Source: Octopus bimaculoides
Lineage: Eukaryota
Reading direction: 5' to 3'
NCBI RefSeq assembly: GCF_001194135.2
Contig: NC_068984.1
Coordinates: 142,732,938-142,780,001 of the forward strand
Length of the DNA: 47,064 bases
Below, one piece after another: positions 35,843-47,064 of the stretch. The first letter of the stretch is position 1, and each line of letters begins with the position of its first letter. Made by a program: the position numbers and the translations under genes. Under the pieces are notes generated by a model that saw only the letters and a program-made list of their open reading frames with translations, did not search any database and was not told the origin of the DNA.

Positions 35843-36464
35843 CGTCATTGTATATAAGTATTTCATTTTATTTGAGAAATTTCTTTAGACTGGATTATAA
35901 CCACCAAATCCTTGAAATTCTAATCCTAAATTTCTTTTCTCCGTTTATTGTCTTTGTGTTGTAACAGAAAAATTGCTTCCTAACAATACTAGAAGTAGAT
36001 GCATTCATTCTTGAATTTAATAATTCATACACTCCATGTATATTGAGAAATTTTGCTCGCATACTAATTGTTAATTCAACCGTAATTGCATAATCAATTA
36101 ATTCATATATGTAGTGCACGTTCTGCCCGTTTACAAATATTCAAAGGTGTTTTAGAAATTATAAAAATCTATAAACAGCGTTACTGGGAGAATGTACACG
36201 GCTTTAACTGTATCGTTGCTGATAATGGCCAACAAGGTTGAATTTTAATTCTCATAGTTTTAAAGTATGCATGTTCTCTTTACAGCCTATGAATAGAAAA
36301 TTAATTCTTTTACAGCTAGCTACATTAGCTATGCTCTTTCGCAATGTGTATATGTACGTATGTGTGTATGTCTATGCGTATTATTGTGTGTATAAACATA
36401 TAATTAGATGCATGTATTTATAGGTATATATAGGTACGTATGTGTGCTTGTATAAGTGTATATG

Positions 36465-36495
<31 letters not shown>

Positions 36496-36602
36496 GTACA
36501 CGTAAATGCATGAACGTGTGTATTTGTATCTATCTATATATGTATGCATATGTACATATATATATACATGTATGGATATCTACATATATATATATATGTA
36601 TG

Positions 36603-36675
<73 letters not shown>

Positions 36676-37856
36676 TGTTTGTCAGCATTGAAAGAAAAAA
36701 AATAACGGGCGAAACTAATCTAATAATAACAAATTATCCAACAATAGTCCTCGAGGTTAACTAATTAATTGTCATTAAAAATGCTAACCAAATATTTTAC
36801 ATTGGTGGAAGAAGAAAATGACGAAATTACAAAATATAAACAGCGCGCGGACCAAACAATAAACAATAAAATAAACGCAAAGCTGAGATGAGGAAAGACC
36901 TGAGCGGAATGGTAAGGAAAGTATAAAACGGGAAAGAGTGAAAGAAAGAACAAAGAAGAAATCCTACATAAAAGCTATTTCATTAGCCATGAGGCAAATC
37001 GAAAATTATTGGCTGATTAAGAAACGTTTGTTTTAGAAAATAAAAGTAGGGAAAACGAGGCGATTTCAGACGCTGGGGAAAACGGGAAGAAATGGCGATC
37101 ACCGGCGGATGTTTTCACCATAATGAAATAACATTGCTTTACTTTATTCCGTTTGTTGACTGTTATTGCTGTTGTATGTGTGTGTGTGTGAGTGTGTATA
37201 TACATAGACAGACAGAGATATATGCATATATCCATATATTCACACATGCATAAATGCATACATATATTTGTGTTTTTATTTCACAAATATATATATNNNN
37301 NNNNNNNNNNNNNNNNNNNNNNNNNNNNNNNNNNNNNNNNNNNNNNNNNNNNNNNNNNNNNNNNNNNNNNNNNNNNNNNNNNNNNNNNNNNNNNNNNNNN
37401 NNNNNNNNNNNNNNNNNNNNNNNNNNNNNNNNNNNNNNNNNNNNNNNNNNNNNNNNNNNNNNNNNNNNNNNNNNNNNNNNNNNNNNNNNNNNNNNNNNNN
37501 NNNNNNNNNNNNNNNNNNNNNNNNNNNNNNNNNNNNNNNNNNNNNNNNNNNNNNNNNNNNNNNNNNNNNNNNNNNNNNNNNNNNNNNNNNNNNNNNNNNN
37601 NNNNNNNNNNNNNNNNNNNNNNNNNNNNNNNNNNNNNNNNNNNNNNNNNNNNNNNNNNNNNNNNNNNNNNNNNNNNNNNNNNNNNNNNNNNNNNNNNNNN
37701 NNNNNNNNNNNNNNNNNNNNNNNNNNNNNNNNNNNNNNNNNNNNNNNNNNNNNNNNNNNNNNNNNNNNNNNNNNNNNNNNNNNNNNNNNNNNNNNNNNNN
37801 NNNNNNNNNNNNNNGTATGTATCTAGTTGTTCGTGTAAATATATATCCGTGCAAGC

Positions 37857-37970
37857 ACATACTACGTCTGTGTGTTTGCGAATGCATACTACGTCTGTGT
37901 GTTTGCGAATGCATACTACGTCTGTGTGTTTGCGAATGCATACTACGTCTGTGTGTTTGCGAATGCATAC
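37857..37970. repeat. 27-bp minisatellite, about 4.2 copies
   Basis: Unit GCATACTACGTCTGTGTGTTTGCGAAT; copies 2-4 are identical. Confidence 0.95.
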
Positions 37971-38054
37971 CTGTACACTAACAATCGTTGCATCATTGTC
38001 TTGCTGTGCCGTAAGTGTGATTACATATGTAATCTCTCTTCCCCCCTCCCCCAT

Positions 38055-38115
<61 letters not shown>

Positions 38116-38543
38116 NNNNNNNNNNNNNNNNNNNNNNNNNNNNNNNNNNNNNNNNNNNNNNNNNNNNNNNNNNNNNNNNNNNNNNNNNNNNNNNNNNNNN
38201 NNNNNNNNNNNNNNNNNNNNNNNNNNNNNNNNNNNNNNNNNNNNNNNNNNNNNNNNNNNNNNNNNNNNNNNNNNNNNNNNNNNNNNNNNNNNNNNNNNNN
38301 NNNNNNNNNNNNNNNNNNNNNNNNNNNNNNNNNNNNNNNNNNNNNNNNNNNNNNNNNNNNNNNNNNNNNNNNNNNNNNNNNNNNNNNNNNNNNNNNNNNN
38401 NNNNNNNNNNNNNNNNNNNNNNNNNNNNNNNNNNNNNNNNNNNNNNNNNNNNNNNNNNNNNNNNNNNNNNNNNNNNNNNNNNNNNNNNNNNNNNNNNNNN
38501 NNNNNNNNNNNNNNNNNNNNNNNNNNNNNNNNNNNNNNNNNNN

Positions 38544-38579
<36 letters not shown>

Positions 38580-38587
<8 letters not shown>

Positions 38588-38795
38588 ATTTGTGTGTCTT
38601 TGTTTGTCCACCTCCCACCATCGCTTGACAACCGATGCTGGTGTGTTAACGTCCTCGTACATTAGTGGTTCGGCAAAAGAGACCGATAGAATAAGTACTA
38701 GGCTTACAAACAATAAGTGCCGGGGTCGATTTGTTCGACTAAAGGCGGTGCTCCAGCATGGCCGCAGTCGAATGAGTGAAACAAGTAAAAGAATA
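38580..38795 (+). mobile_element. SINE family A 3' half (the 5' part may lie in the gap)
   Basis: CATCGCTTGACAACCGATGCTGG...GAGTGAAACAAGTAAAAGAAT. Confidence 0.9.
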
Positions 38796-38863
38796 AACCA
38801 ATAAACGTAATTTATTCTCAGATTTTCGTTTGCTCTTTTATACACTTGAATAGGTTACAGAGT

Positions 38864-38926
38864 GCATATACGGGTAGCATATACGGGTAGCATATACGGG
38901 TAGCATATACGGGTAGCATATACGGG
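38864..38926. repeat. 13-bp tandem repeat, about 4.8 copies
   Basis: (GCATATACGGGTA)4 followed by GCATATACGGG. Confidence 0.95.
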
Positions 38927-39217
38927 TTGAGACGCCCTTCGGTCATAACTGACCATGGGATTGCATCTAGAAAGTTACCTTCCCAGGCACAAGTCCGGGC
39001 AGGGTTGTTTATGGAAGATCAGCAGTCGCCCATGCATACCAGCTTCCCCTCTCCATGCCACCAGTGTTATCCAAAGGAAGGGCAAAGACCGATACAGCTT
39101 CGCACCTCTGACGTCGCAACTCATTTCTACAGCTGAGTGAACTGGAGCAACGTGAAATAAAGATTTGAACTCACAAATTCGCGATCGTAAGCTCGGTGAT
39201 CCAACCACTGAGCTATG
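38927..39217 (-). mobile_element. tRNA-derived SINE, family C-like
   Basis: Reverse complement starts CATAGCTCAGTGG (A box) ... GAGTTCAAAT (B box), followed by CTTTATTTCACGTTGCTCCAGTTCACTCAGCTG. Confidence 0.65.
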
Positions 39218-39569
39218 GTGCATCGGAGCTTTCGTTATTTGTAAACCATAGAAGGCTGTGTCGGGAATATTCTTGATAAGGGATCGGCCGGTGTCCCCAT
39301 AGCAGTATACAGTATGATCGGTGCTACCACAGTACCTTTAGTGGGCATCGTGACACACAGTTACTTCGGTAGCTGTATCGTGTCGAGGATTGGGCCAGAC
39401 TGCATGTTTGCTAAACAGCCGTTTCTGTTGAGGTACCTAATCCAACGTGAAGGGCGTCATACTAAGAGAAATATATACATTTTACTAATTTCACTCTTGT
39501 CTTTCATTGACCATGTGTTTTGCTTATTTTCCCTTTCGGACGGCATAGCATGTATATAAACGCACACGC

Positions 39570-39695
<126 letters not shown>

Positions 39696-39879
39696 ATGTA
39701 GATGTGTATATGAATGCAAATATTTTCCTCTTCAGGGACAGTATAGATAGTTGCCTAGAATATATAGAACAATTTCCTCTCTTCAATATTTTCGACTTCG
39801 TCCACTTTTTTAATTATTTCTTTCGATTCATAAATCAGAAAATATATTGCTTACTCTCACTCTCACACGCACACACACA

Positions 39880-39915
<36 letters not shown>

Positions 39916-40897
39916 NNNNNNNNNNNNNNNNNNNNNNNNNNNNNNNNNNNNNNNNNNNNNNNNNNNNNNNNNNNNNNNNNNNNNNNNNNNNNNNNNNNNN
40001 NNNNNNNNNNNNNNNNNNNNNNNNNNNNNNNNNNNNNNNNNNNNNNNNNNNNNNNNNNNNNNNNNNNNNNNNNNNNNNNNNNNNNATATATATATATATA
40101 CATAATTATATGCACATACATATATACAGGCATGTAGACATACAAATACACGCGTGTGTGTATATATGATGCATTTGTTCGTCAGTGTGTATATACGAGG
40201 GTTCTGGAGCATGACTATAAGTTTATAATTAGGTTCTTTACGGAAAATATGCTGTCTAGTTTATGTGCGGCGACGTGCCATAAATAATTTCATATCTATA
40301 TTGACGCCTATATTTAGACATTTAGAGGCAGACATATAAAAACGAATACAAGCAACGCATCTCATGGCATACTTCCCACATACATACATACATACATCCA
40401 TACATACATCCATACATACATACACACATCCATACAACGCCCACACAAAATCACGTATGTTCTTCGTTCGGGTAAGAGACACCAGCGGCTATAGCACTCG
40501 TGTATAATTTAGTAGAATATAACAAAATATATCTTATTTCTAATCACATACCTTATTGGTTTTCATATGTAAGTTTTCTGGTCAATGTTCCTTTTAGTGA
40601 GTCTCGTAAAATTACGGTTTAAATATTTAGATATCTCGGTTTGGAAGGTGATAGTCTTTTTTCACGTAAGAAACGTCAATAATACTAAATAAAAATAAAG
40701 GAATCAGAGTGAGTTTTGTTTTGTAATGCCAGAATGAGTTAAATTTATTCAAATGTGAAATATTTTTTAAGCAATAATATAATGGATGTTTTTTAAAAGC
40801 ATCCCTTTACGAAAAATCTACAGTAGTGGTTGGTAGTTAATGTCGAATAAATGTTGGAGTAAGAATGATAAGTCCTATAATTGGAAGACATGAAAAC

Positions 40898-41011
40898 AAA
40901 CCGATAGAATAAGTACTAGGCTTACAAAGAATAAGTCCTGGGGTCGATTTGTTCGATTAAAGGCGGTACTCCAACATGGGCATAGTCACATGACTGAAAC
41001 CAGTAAAACAG
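40898..41011 (+). mobile_element. SINE family A 3'-terminal fragment (5'-truncated)
   Basis: ACCGATAGAATAAGTACTAGGCTTACAAAG...TGACTGAAACCAGTAAAAC. Confidence 0.9.
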
Positions 41012-41033
41012 TATATATNNNNNNNNNNNNNNN

Positions 41034-41069
<36 letters not shown>

Positions 41070-41099
41070 TGTATGCATGCTAGTTTAAAATGTTAATAG

Positions 41100-41700
41100 T
41101 CTCAGTAATTGACCAGTAAAATATGAATTTGTTTTCTGAAGAATTGACAATTATTTCTGGGATACGCCTGTAAAATGTTACCGAATTTTTAATTTCAAAG
41201 CTAAAAGGCTTCCAAATAAATACGCTTAATATGTATTATAGATATTATGACTGAAGCTGTGTTCAATATTGATCGATTTCAAATATGATTCTATATCCTT
41301 TATATCATTTATACTCGGAAATATATAAGAAGATGAATATGTATATTAAAAAATTACAGCTAATGCTGGAGATAGAATATTACAAACAATAGAAATTTGC
41401 TTATCTTGTTCCATAAGGGATAGATAATTCCTTGGTATTTTCTTTGTGATATCTAAATCTAATATAGAAACGAGTTGGGTTATGGTCCTCTAAACTTCAT
41501 TCGGATAAGAATGCTTTGGAGCGAAAGTTGAGAATGTATATGTTTCCTTCTTTCTGTTGTGTCGTACGATATTGTCAGACAAGAGTAATTTATCTTGATA
41601 TTATGCGCATTAAACAATTATGTTTATTTTTAAGTTTGAAAGGAAGTATTATCTAATTTGAAATAAGAAGTTCTGAGAGATATTGTCTAAGTAAGGAACA
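41100..41700 (-). mobile_element. Penelope-like element remnant of a different lineage (C-terminal linker and GIY-YIG region)
   Basis: Reverse complement gives FNAHNIKINYSCL (compare FNRN.IK.SYSCM) and later LSVFIWK (compare LSKYIW.LK); many stops and frameshifts. Confidence 0.5.
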
Positions 41701-44519
41701 CCTAGGCGGATACTTTAAAACCTTTTGAGTTGCTTATGTTTCGGATAAGCTATTCTTGCGTAGACAATATTGCATCATATTTCACATGTTATGGCAGTTA
41801 AGGGCTTACGAATATGAACCACAAAACTTTCATCCCAAACATCCCCTTGCAATGAAACCATCTAACGACTGTCGGGATTTTGCTCCTTTAAAGCAATTAT
41901 CTAGGAGGCAACCGTGACCTTCCCTAATGGTATTCCACGTCAGAATCAACGAATTACTGCCAGATCACAATTTACTCGGGGCACACACATGTGGTCATTG
42001 CTTAAGTAAGAAACTGCACAAATACAACAGGCAGGTGTATATCGTAATAATAACTGGAGTACCTTTCTGTTGCACAAGCGAGTTTTCTATCTGGCGAACT
42101 TGGAATTATTATCCAGTCTTTAGAAATTCACATGGTTTTATCCCACATCTGATATCAATTTATTTCTTTCCTCTACATAAAATCTGAACAGCCTTCCTAA
42201 AGCCAACAATAGAAATAATTGGAGGCCATTTGCTGTTAACAACTTCCAGAAACGTTTCCTGATATTTTCATAAACATTAGAGTTAATACTAGAATCCCTA
42301 AGAAAAAAAGTAGTACATTGCCGGAAATCACCACCATTATTCTCATAGTATCAGTCTCATCGGTTAACAATTCCATCGCCAGCTAGTAGAGACCTTCGCC
42401 AGTAGCATGTAGCAGCCAGCAGCAGCCTTTATGTGCAATGTGGCGATCAAAAGCCCAAAGTTGCCAATCTCATCTCATTATGTGAACTAAATACTGAGAA
42501 TGAGTGTTGCCCATCAACCAATGACAATCAACCTTACAAAATATGTGAAAACCTTGTTACACAGGATCAAATAAAAATATACTCTACGTAAACCTTTGGC
42601 TTTTCTGTTCTGATGAGCACACGTACACACACAGACGTATGCTCATATTCGTTTGTACACGTAAATATGCTTATATCTATATACATATGTATGTGTATAT
42701 ATATATACATGCATACGTACGTACATACATCATGCACACACTCACATGCATGCGTACATACATGCGTACATACATACATACATACATACATACATACATA
42801 CATACACTTGCATGTCAGCGTTCTTATTGAAAAATATTCGCAAGTGGTGTACAAGTGTATATTTCTGAGTGAGTGCAATTTCGATGTGTGTCGTAGCCTT
42901 GTTGGTTTTCGTATGCGATGTATGTATGTATGTAAGAGTTGTACGTAATTTAATATCCTCAATAAATCTATTTATGAAATCATCCGGGACATTGAGGCTT
43001 CTCTAACTTCAGTCTATCACACTAAAGTCTGACAGCTTTATGATTGGACGTTAAGTCGATGTTATCATTTCGCTAAACATTTCCGCCATCTTGATTTATG
43101 AAGAAATCATCAGTGAGAATGTAATCTCCCATCAGAGATGAATATATTCTGTAGTATATATATGTCTGTTTGTGACTCATTCTCTAACTAAACGAAAATG
43201 CATCTCTCTCTGTGTCTCAGTATCGATCTATTTTAGTCCCAACCATTTATCAGCGCCTAATATCATCTCCCAGTGTTTTTCGCTTTCCTTATCTCTCCCT
43301 CACTCTCCGGCTGTCTCTCTATCTGTTTGTCTTATTGTCTCGATCTCTCTCTTTCTATCTTTCTCTCGCTCTCCCTTTATTTTCCCGTTTTTCTCATTGG
43401 TTTTCATCTTCTCCTTGAAGCGTATTTCCTTTGCGTTTTGCGTTTCTCTTTTCTATCTATATTTCCTTCTTTCAGTTCCGCATTCCACACAATTATAGGT
43501 GTGTAAGAATTTGTGTATATGTGTCTGCGTATCTAAGTACATATCTATTTATCAATCTACTTATATCGATCTTTCGATATGTAATTGTGTGTGTTTGCAT
43601 GTATGCATGCGTGTATATATGTCTGCGATGTGAGTGTGCTATGTATGTATGTATGTATGTATGTATGTATGTGTGAATATTTAGAAGAATAGGAAGCAAG
43701 TGATATTTCGAAATTTCATTATTAAATTGTAACAGCTGTTTCCGCGGTTTAAATATAAATATTATCACCCATAAAATCATTTCGTAATGTTTCAGCCAGG
43801 CATCCAATGTGAGTTGTCAGTCAGTATTATCAAGGGATTTACTCTAAATGAAGCAAACCCTTCTAGTAACTCAGAGTTATCTACATTGGTATCCGGTACT
43901 GAAGAGAAGTAACGAGTTCGAAATACATCAATCAGTCTAACAAAGAGAGCTCTGAAATGACTATAATGTTATATAACCTGTTTATCTTAAACGAGAAGTT
44001 TTTCTCTGCGATAAACTGTATTGGAGAAATCTTTATAGATCCAAATATGTCTTAAACATATTTGAACTAGGCTTAATTGCCTATTTTTCCGCCACAGGTT
44101 CGCGCGCCTCAGGAATATAAAACACATATTTTATTAAATAATTATTAACGACAGAAACAGTGTTAATAACAAAAGGCAATCTTTATATGTATCTCAACGT
44201 GAATGATTTTCGGAACGTGAAATATTGTATAATTTATCTTGAGAGGACCTCTCATCGATGCATGGTGAATAAAAGCACACATATTTATATCGTTGGCAGA
44301 CGAGATTCACCTTGACTGTTTTATTAGGAACTTCATTTAAAATTTTAGTTCTAACGGAATCTGACGTACGTAAGGACAAAATTTAGTGTGTAGTGATTAT
44401 TTTCATGAGGACGTTCGTGTTTAATCTGTAGAATGAGCAACAAAATTAAATAAAGATATTACGAAATATCATTGAGAACTTTACTTTATATTCTTGTAAA
44501 TATTCTGCTCGGGACATTC

Positions 44520-44790
44520 TTTTCACACAGTTTCATACAATGAAGGCGTCTCCGAATTTAGAGATCCTTCTCTTTTTTGTGTGTCTGTGTATTAGATTAG
44601 ACAAAATTACAACCCAGCTCACACACATAAAGAATGTCAAAGAGGACTTCGTTAAAATGAAATTAAGGTAACTGAAATTTGATGTCCCCAAAATTAAAGT
44701 CGATCAAAGAACTTTCCAGTGAGATATGAATCACTTTCATCAGGAAGGATTTCTATGCTACCAAAGAGAATATTCATAGTAAACGGTGAG
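44520..44790 (-). mobile_element. Possible APE endonuclease remnant of an L2/CR1-type LINE
   Basis: DFNFGDIK (compare GDFNFPDI.W) followed by THKKEKDL (compare PTH.KGN.LDL). Confidence 0.3.
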
Positions 44791-44804
44791 TCCATATTTA
44801 TTCA

Positions 44805-45012
44805 GTTTTTGTCTAGACACAAGGCCCGAAATTTTAGAGGAAGGGGTAGTCGATTAGATCGATTCCAGTGCGCAACTGGTACTTAATTTATCGACCCGAA
44901 AGGATGAGAGGTAAAGTTGACCTCGGCGCAATTTGAACTCAGAACGTGAAGACAGACGAAATGTCGCTCGGCATTTCGCCCGGCTTGCTAACGTTGCTGA
45001 CAGCTCGCCGCC
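44805..45012 (-). mobile_element. SINE family B, tail type 1, full-length
   Basis: TCTAGACACAAGGCCCGAAATTTT...CAGCTCGCCGCC on the plus strand. Confidence 0.9.
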
Positions 45013-45019
45013 TTGAGTC

Positions 45020-45480
45020 CTTATTTATTCGTGTTTCATCTTTTCTAGTGTCTGCGTAACAACACAAAGAAAAAACAAGAAATTTGGGAGATTTTATTCT
45101 TGCACATATGTACAGATATTCACTCAATGGGATTTGTCTAGTCCTCGGATTTCGTATTTGCTGTCGATGAAAGATTAATCTCATTCTTAACATATGCTTG
45201 GTTTATCCATTATAATCTTCGCTCCAACAAGTGAATTTGATGGCATATATTAAAAGCTTTGAAAAACGAGTAATGTGATCTTTATAGTAAAAGCTTGTCC
45301 TTATCTAAATTTATGTATTGTGTCCACGATAAGGTCGGCACTACTCCCACGATTAGAGTGACTCCTGATTTTAAATGTTAAGTCTACAGCTGGTAGTAGA
45401 TTTGTAAGTAGATTTTGTTTTGGCGAGGATCGATTTTTATTGCCTTTTGCATTTGAATATTTTGTATGGCAAGGAGACTT
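45020..45480 (-). mobile_element. Penelope-like element GIY-YIG 3' fragment
   Basis: KLLIYAIKFTCWSEDYNG*TKHMLRMRLIFHRQQIRNPRTRQIPLSEYLYICA...ETRINKD resembles NLIY.I.C..C...YIG.T...LR.R...HRQQIR. Confidence 0.75.
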
Positions 45481-45794
45481 TTGTCATTCTTCGATATTCG
45501 TTCAGAAATGGTATGTCCTGATGCATAATGCTGAATGTATTTCTTAGGTGTGTTCTAACTAAATATAGTGTCATGGCTGAATCTGGATTGCTTTCGACTT
45601 TCCACAATTATATACATTTATATACACACACAAACACTCGTACACGCATGCATATGTGTCTATATCAAGACCATACAATCAGAAACTGATTTTAATAGCC
45701 ATATTGGCGTTTAACTTGTATGCAATTACATATCTCTTTTGTCATTTACTAAACTAAAATTTTCTTCATTTCACCCTTCATTTTATCATTATCG

Positions 45795-46049
45795 TGTTGT
45801 TGTTGTTGTTGTTGTTGTGGTGGTGGTGGTTCTTCTGCATCTTTTCCCTACTTTTTCTCTGTCTTCACCGCCTTCTTGCTTTCTTTCGTTCTTTCTTTCT
45901 TTTTATTCCATCTTTTGTTCTTTCTTCTTCTTCTTCTTCTTCTTCTTCTTCTTCTTCTTCTTCTTCTTCTTCTTCTTCTTCTTCTTCTTCTTCTTCTTCT
46001 TCTCCTTCTTCTTCTTCTTCTTCTTCTTCTTCTTCTTCTTCTTCTTCTC

Positions 46050-46102
<53 letters not shown>

Positions 46103-46105
46103 CAT
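45795..46105. repeat. (GTT)n/(GGT)n, long (CTT)n and (ATT)n arrays
   Basis: Directly visible. Source of the poly-F, poly-S, poly-L and poly-R pseudo-ORFs. Confidence 0.95.
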
Positions 46106-46375
46106 TCTACGGCACACGTTCATGCCGGTGCTTCGTCTTCACAAATCCTTTAGGCTGTTTATCGATTCCACTAATTTGATTGGTACATAATTTATCGAAC
46201 TATATCTATCGAATGATTACATGCCCTTTAGCGGTGTAACTCAATACAAAATATAAAACGATGAATTCATTTGGGAAGCACCGTCCACACACACAGAGAC
46301 AGACCAACAAACACAAACACAAGTACGTATATGCATGCATGTATGTATGTATGTATGCATATATATATATATATA

Positions 46376-46413
<38 letters not shown>

Positions 46414-46434
46414 TCAGTAAACAAATAACAACAG

Positions 46435-46709
46435 ATGGATAATGTGTCAATCCACTACAGCTGTTTCCAACGAATTTTTAATTGATTAATGGAGACTGTA
46501 TATCATTAGAAGGAACCCTTTTCATCAGGTGAATGCATACATCACACCATTCAGAGCATTGGAAATGTTATGTGCTACTTCATGGTTCTATGACCAATGT
46601 TGTGATTAATGTATTCGCCTAATGTTAACGGTCTCTTCTAATGATGTAATGTCTCCATTAATCAAACAAAAATTTGTTGGAAACAGCGGTAGTGAATTGA
46701 CACATCCAT
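46435..46709. mobile_element. Foldback or MITE-like element (about 275 bp) with long inverted arms
   Basis: 46442-46496 versus the reverse complement of 46651-46705: 50/55 identical, with further imperfect pairing for about 20 bp inward and ATGGAT outward. No TSD recognised. Confidence 0.8.
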
Positions 46710-47016
46710 TTGTTTTTATTTATTTATTTATTTATTTATCAATCACCTCTTTCGATGCCTGCTCATTGCGTAGATGCGAAGTCTGTTTAGTGCAATATGC
46801 GTTTTATGATTAGCTTCGGAGCTCTTGGTGTACTGAGTCAGGTACAGTAAATTGTATACATAACCTAAATATATTTCTGCCTGTGTTTTGGTACCCTGTA
46901 TTCCTCTATTTTTGTTGTGTACACATTTTATTTTTCGACCCCGACTCGATGCCTTACCATTTAAGTGCCTGATTTACTCGAATCCCGATCTATTATAATA
47001 CGTGTATGTGCATACA

Positions 47017-47056
<40 letters not shown>

Positions 47057-47064
47057 TTATATAT

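Noticed and set aside
35895-36119. 74-aa minus ORF ending RIRISRIWWL, faintly PLE-like
   Set aside because: A single weak resemblance with no supporting ordered motifs.
37857-38926. Short tandem arrays considered as a CRISPR-like structure
   Set aside because: The units are contiguous with no unique spacers, and the context is eukaryotic.
39230-39470. Possible LINE RT fragment on the minus strand (GTVVAPIILY)
   Set aside because: The motif match is too weak and the spacing is inconsistent with an RT domain.
42130-42290. Possible non-LTR RT motif (FPLHK...NNWRPFAVNN)
   Set aside because: Suggestive of NWRPI.L.N but isolated and frameshifted; not enough support without an HMM search.

Overview
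Eukaryotic, AT-rich, repeat-saturated window from a draft assembly with ten N gaps: 745-979, 2794-3317, 14874-15540, 18430-18439, 19836-20094, 34297-35279, 37297-37814, 38116-38543, 39916-40085 and 41019-41033. The tRNA-derived SINE families and dense microsatellites look like an octopus (coleoid cephalopod) genome; this is inferred from recalled repeat consensus, not from a search. I found no supportable intact host protein-coding exon, so the window reads as intergenic DNA or a large intron. Almost all ORFs in the supplied track are microsatellite, gap or SINE artefacts. What is present: about 25 copies or fragments of three SINE families (working labels A, B, C); decayed coding remnants of Tc1/mariner (two), MULE/FLYWCH, an RLE-type (R4/Dong-like) non-LTR element, Ty3/Gypsy, RTE, four Penelope-like elements and possibly hAT; four MITE or foldback elements; several minisatellites; and one near-full-length U6 snRNA copy on the minus strand whose T9 tail is joined directly to a SINE head. 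The best leads are that U6-SINE junction, evidence of modular SINE recombination (an A/B chimera at a shared core, alternative 3' tails, head-only copies) and closely spaced inverted SINE pairs. I see no evidence for a novel multi-gene system. All protein-family calls come from manual translation and recalled motifs and need HMM or BLAST confirmation.
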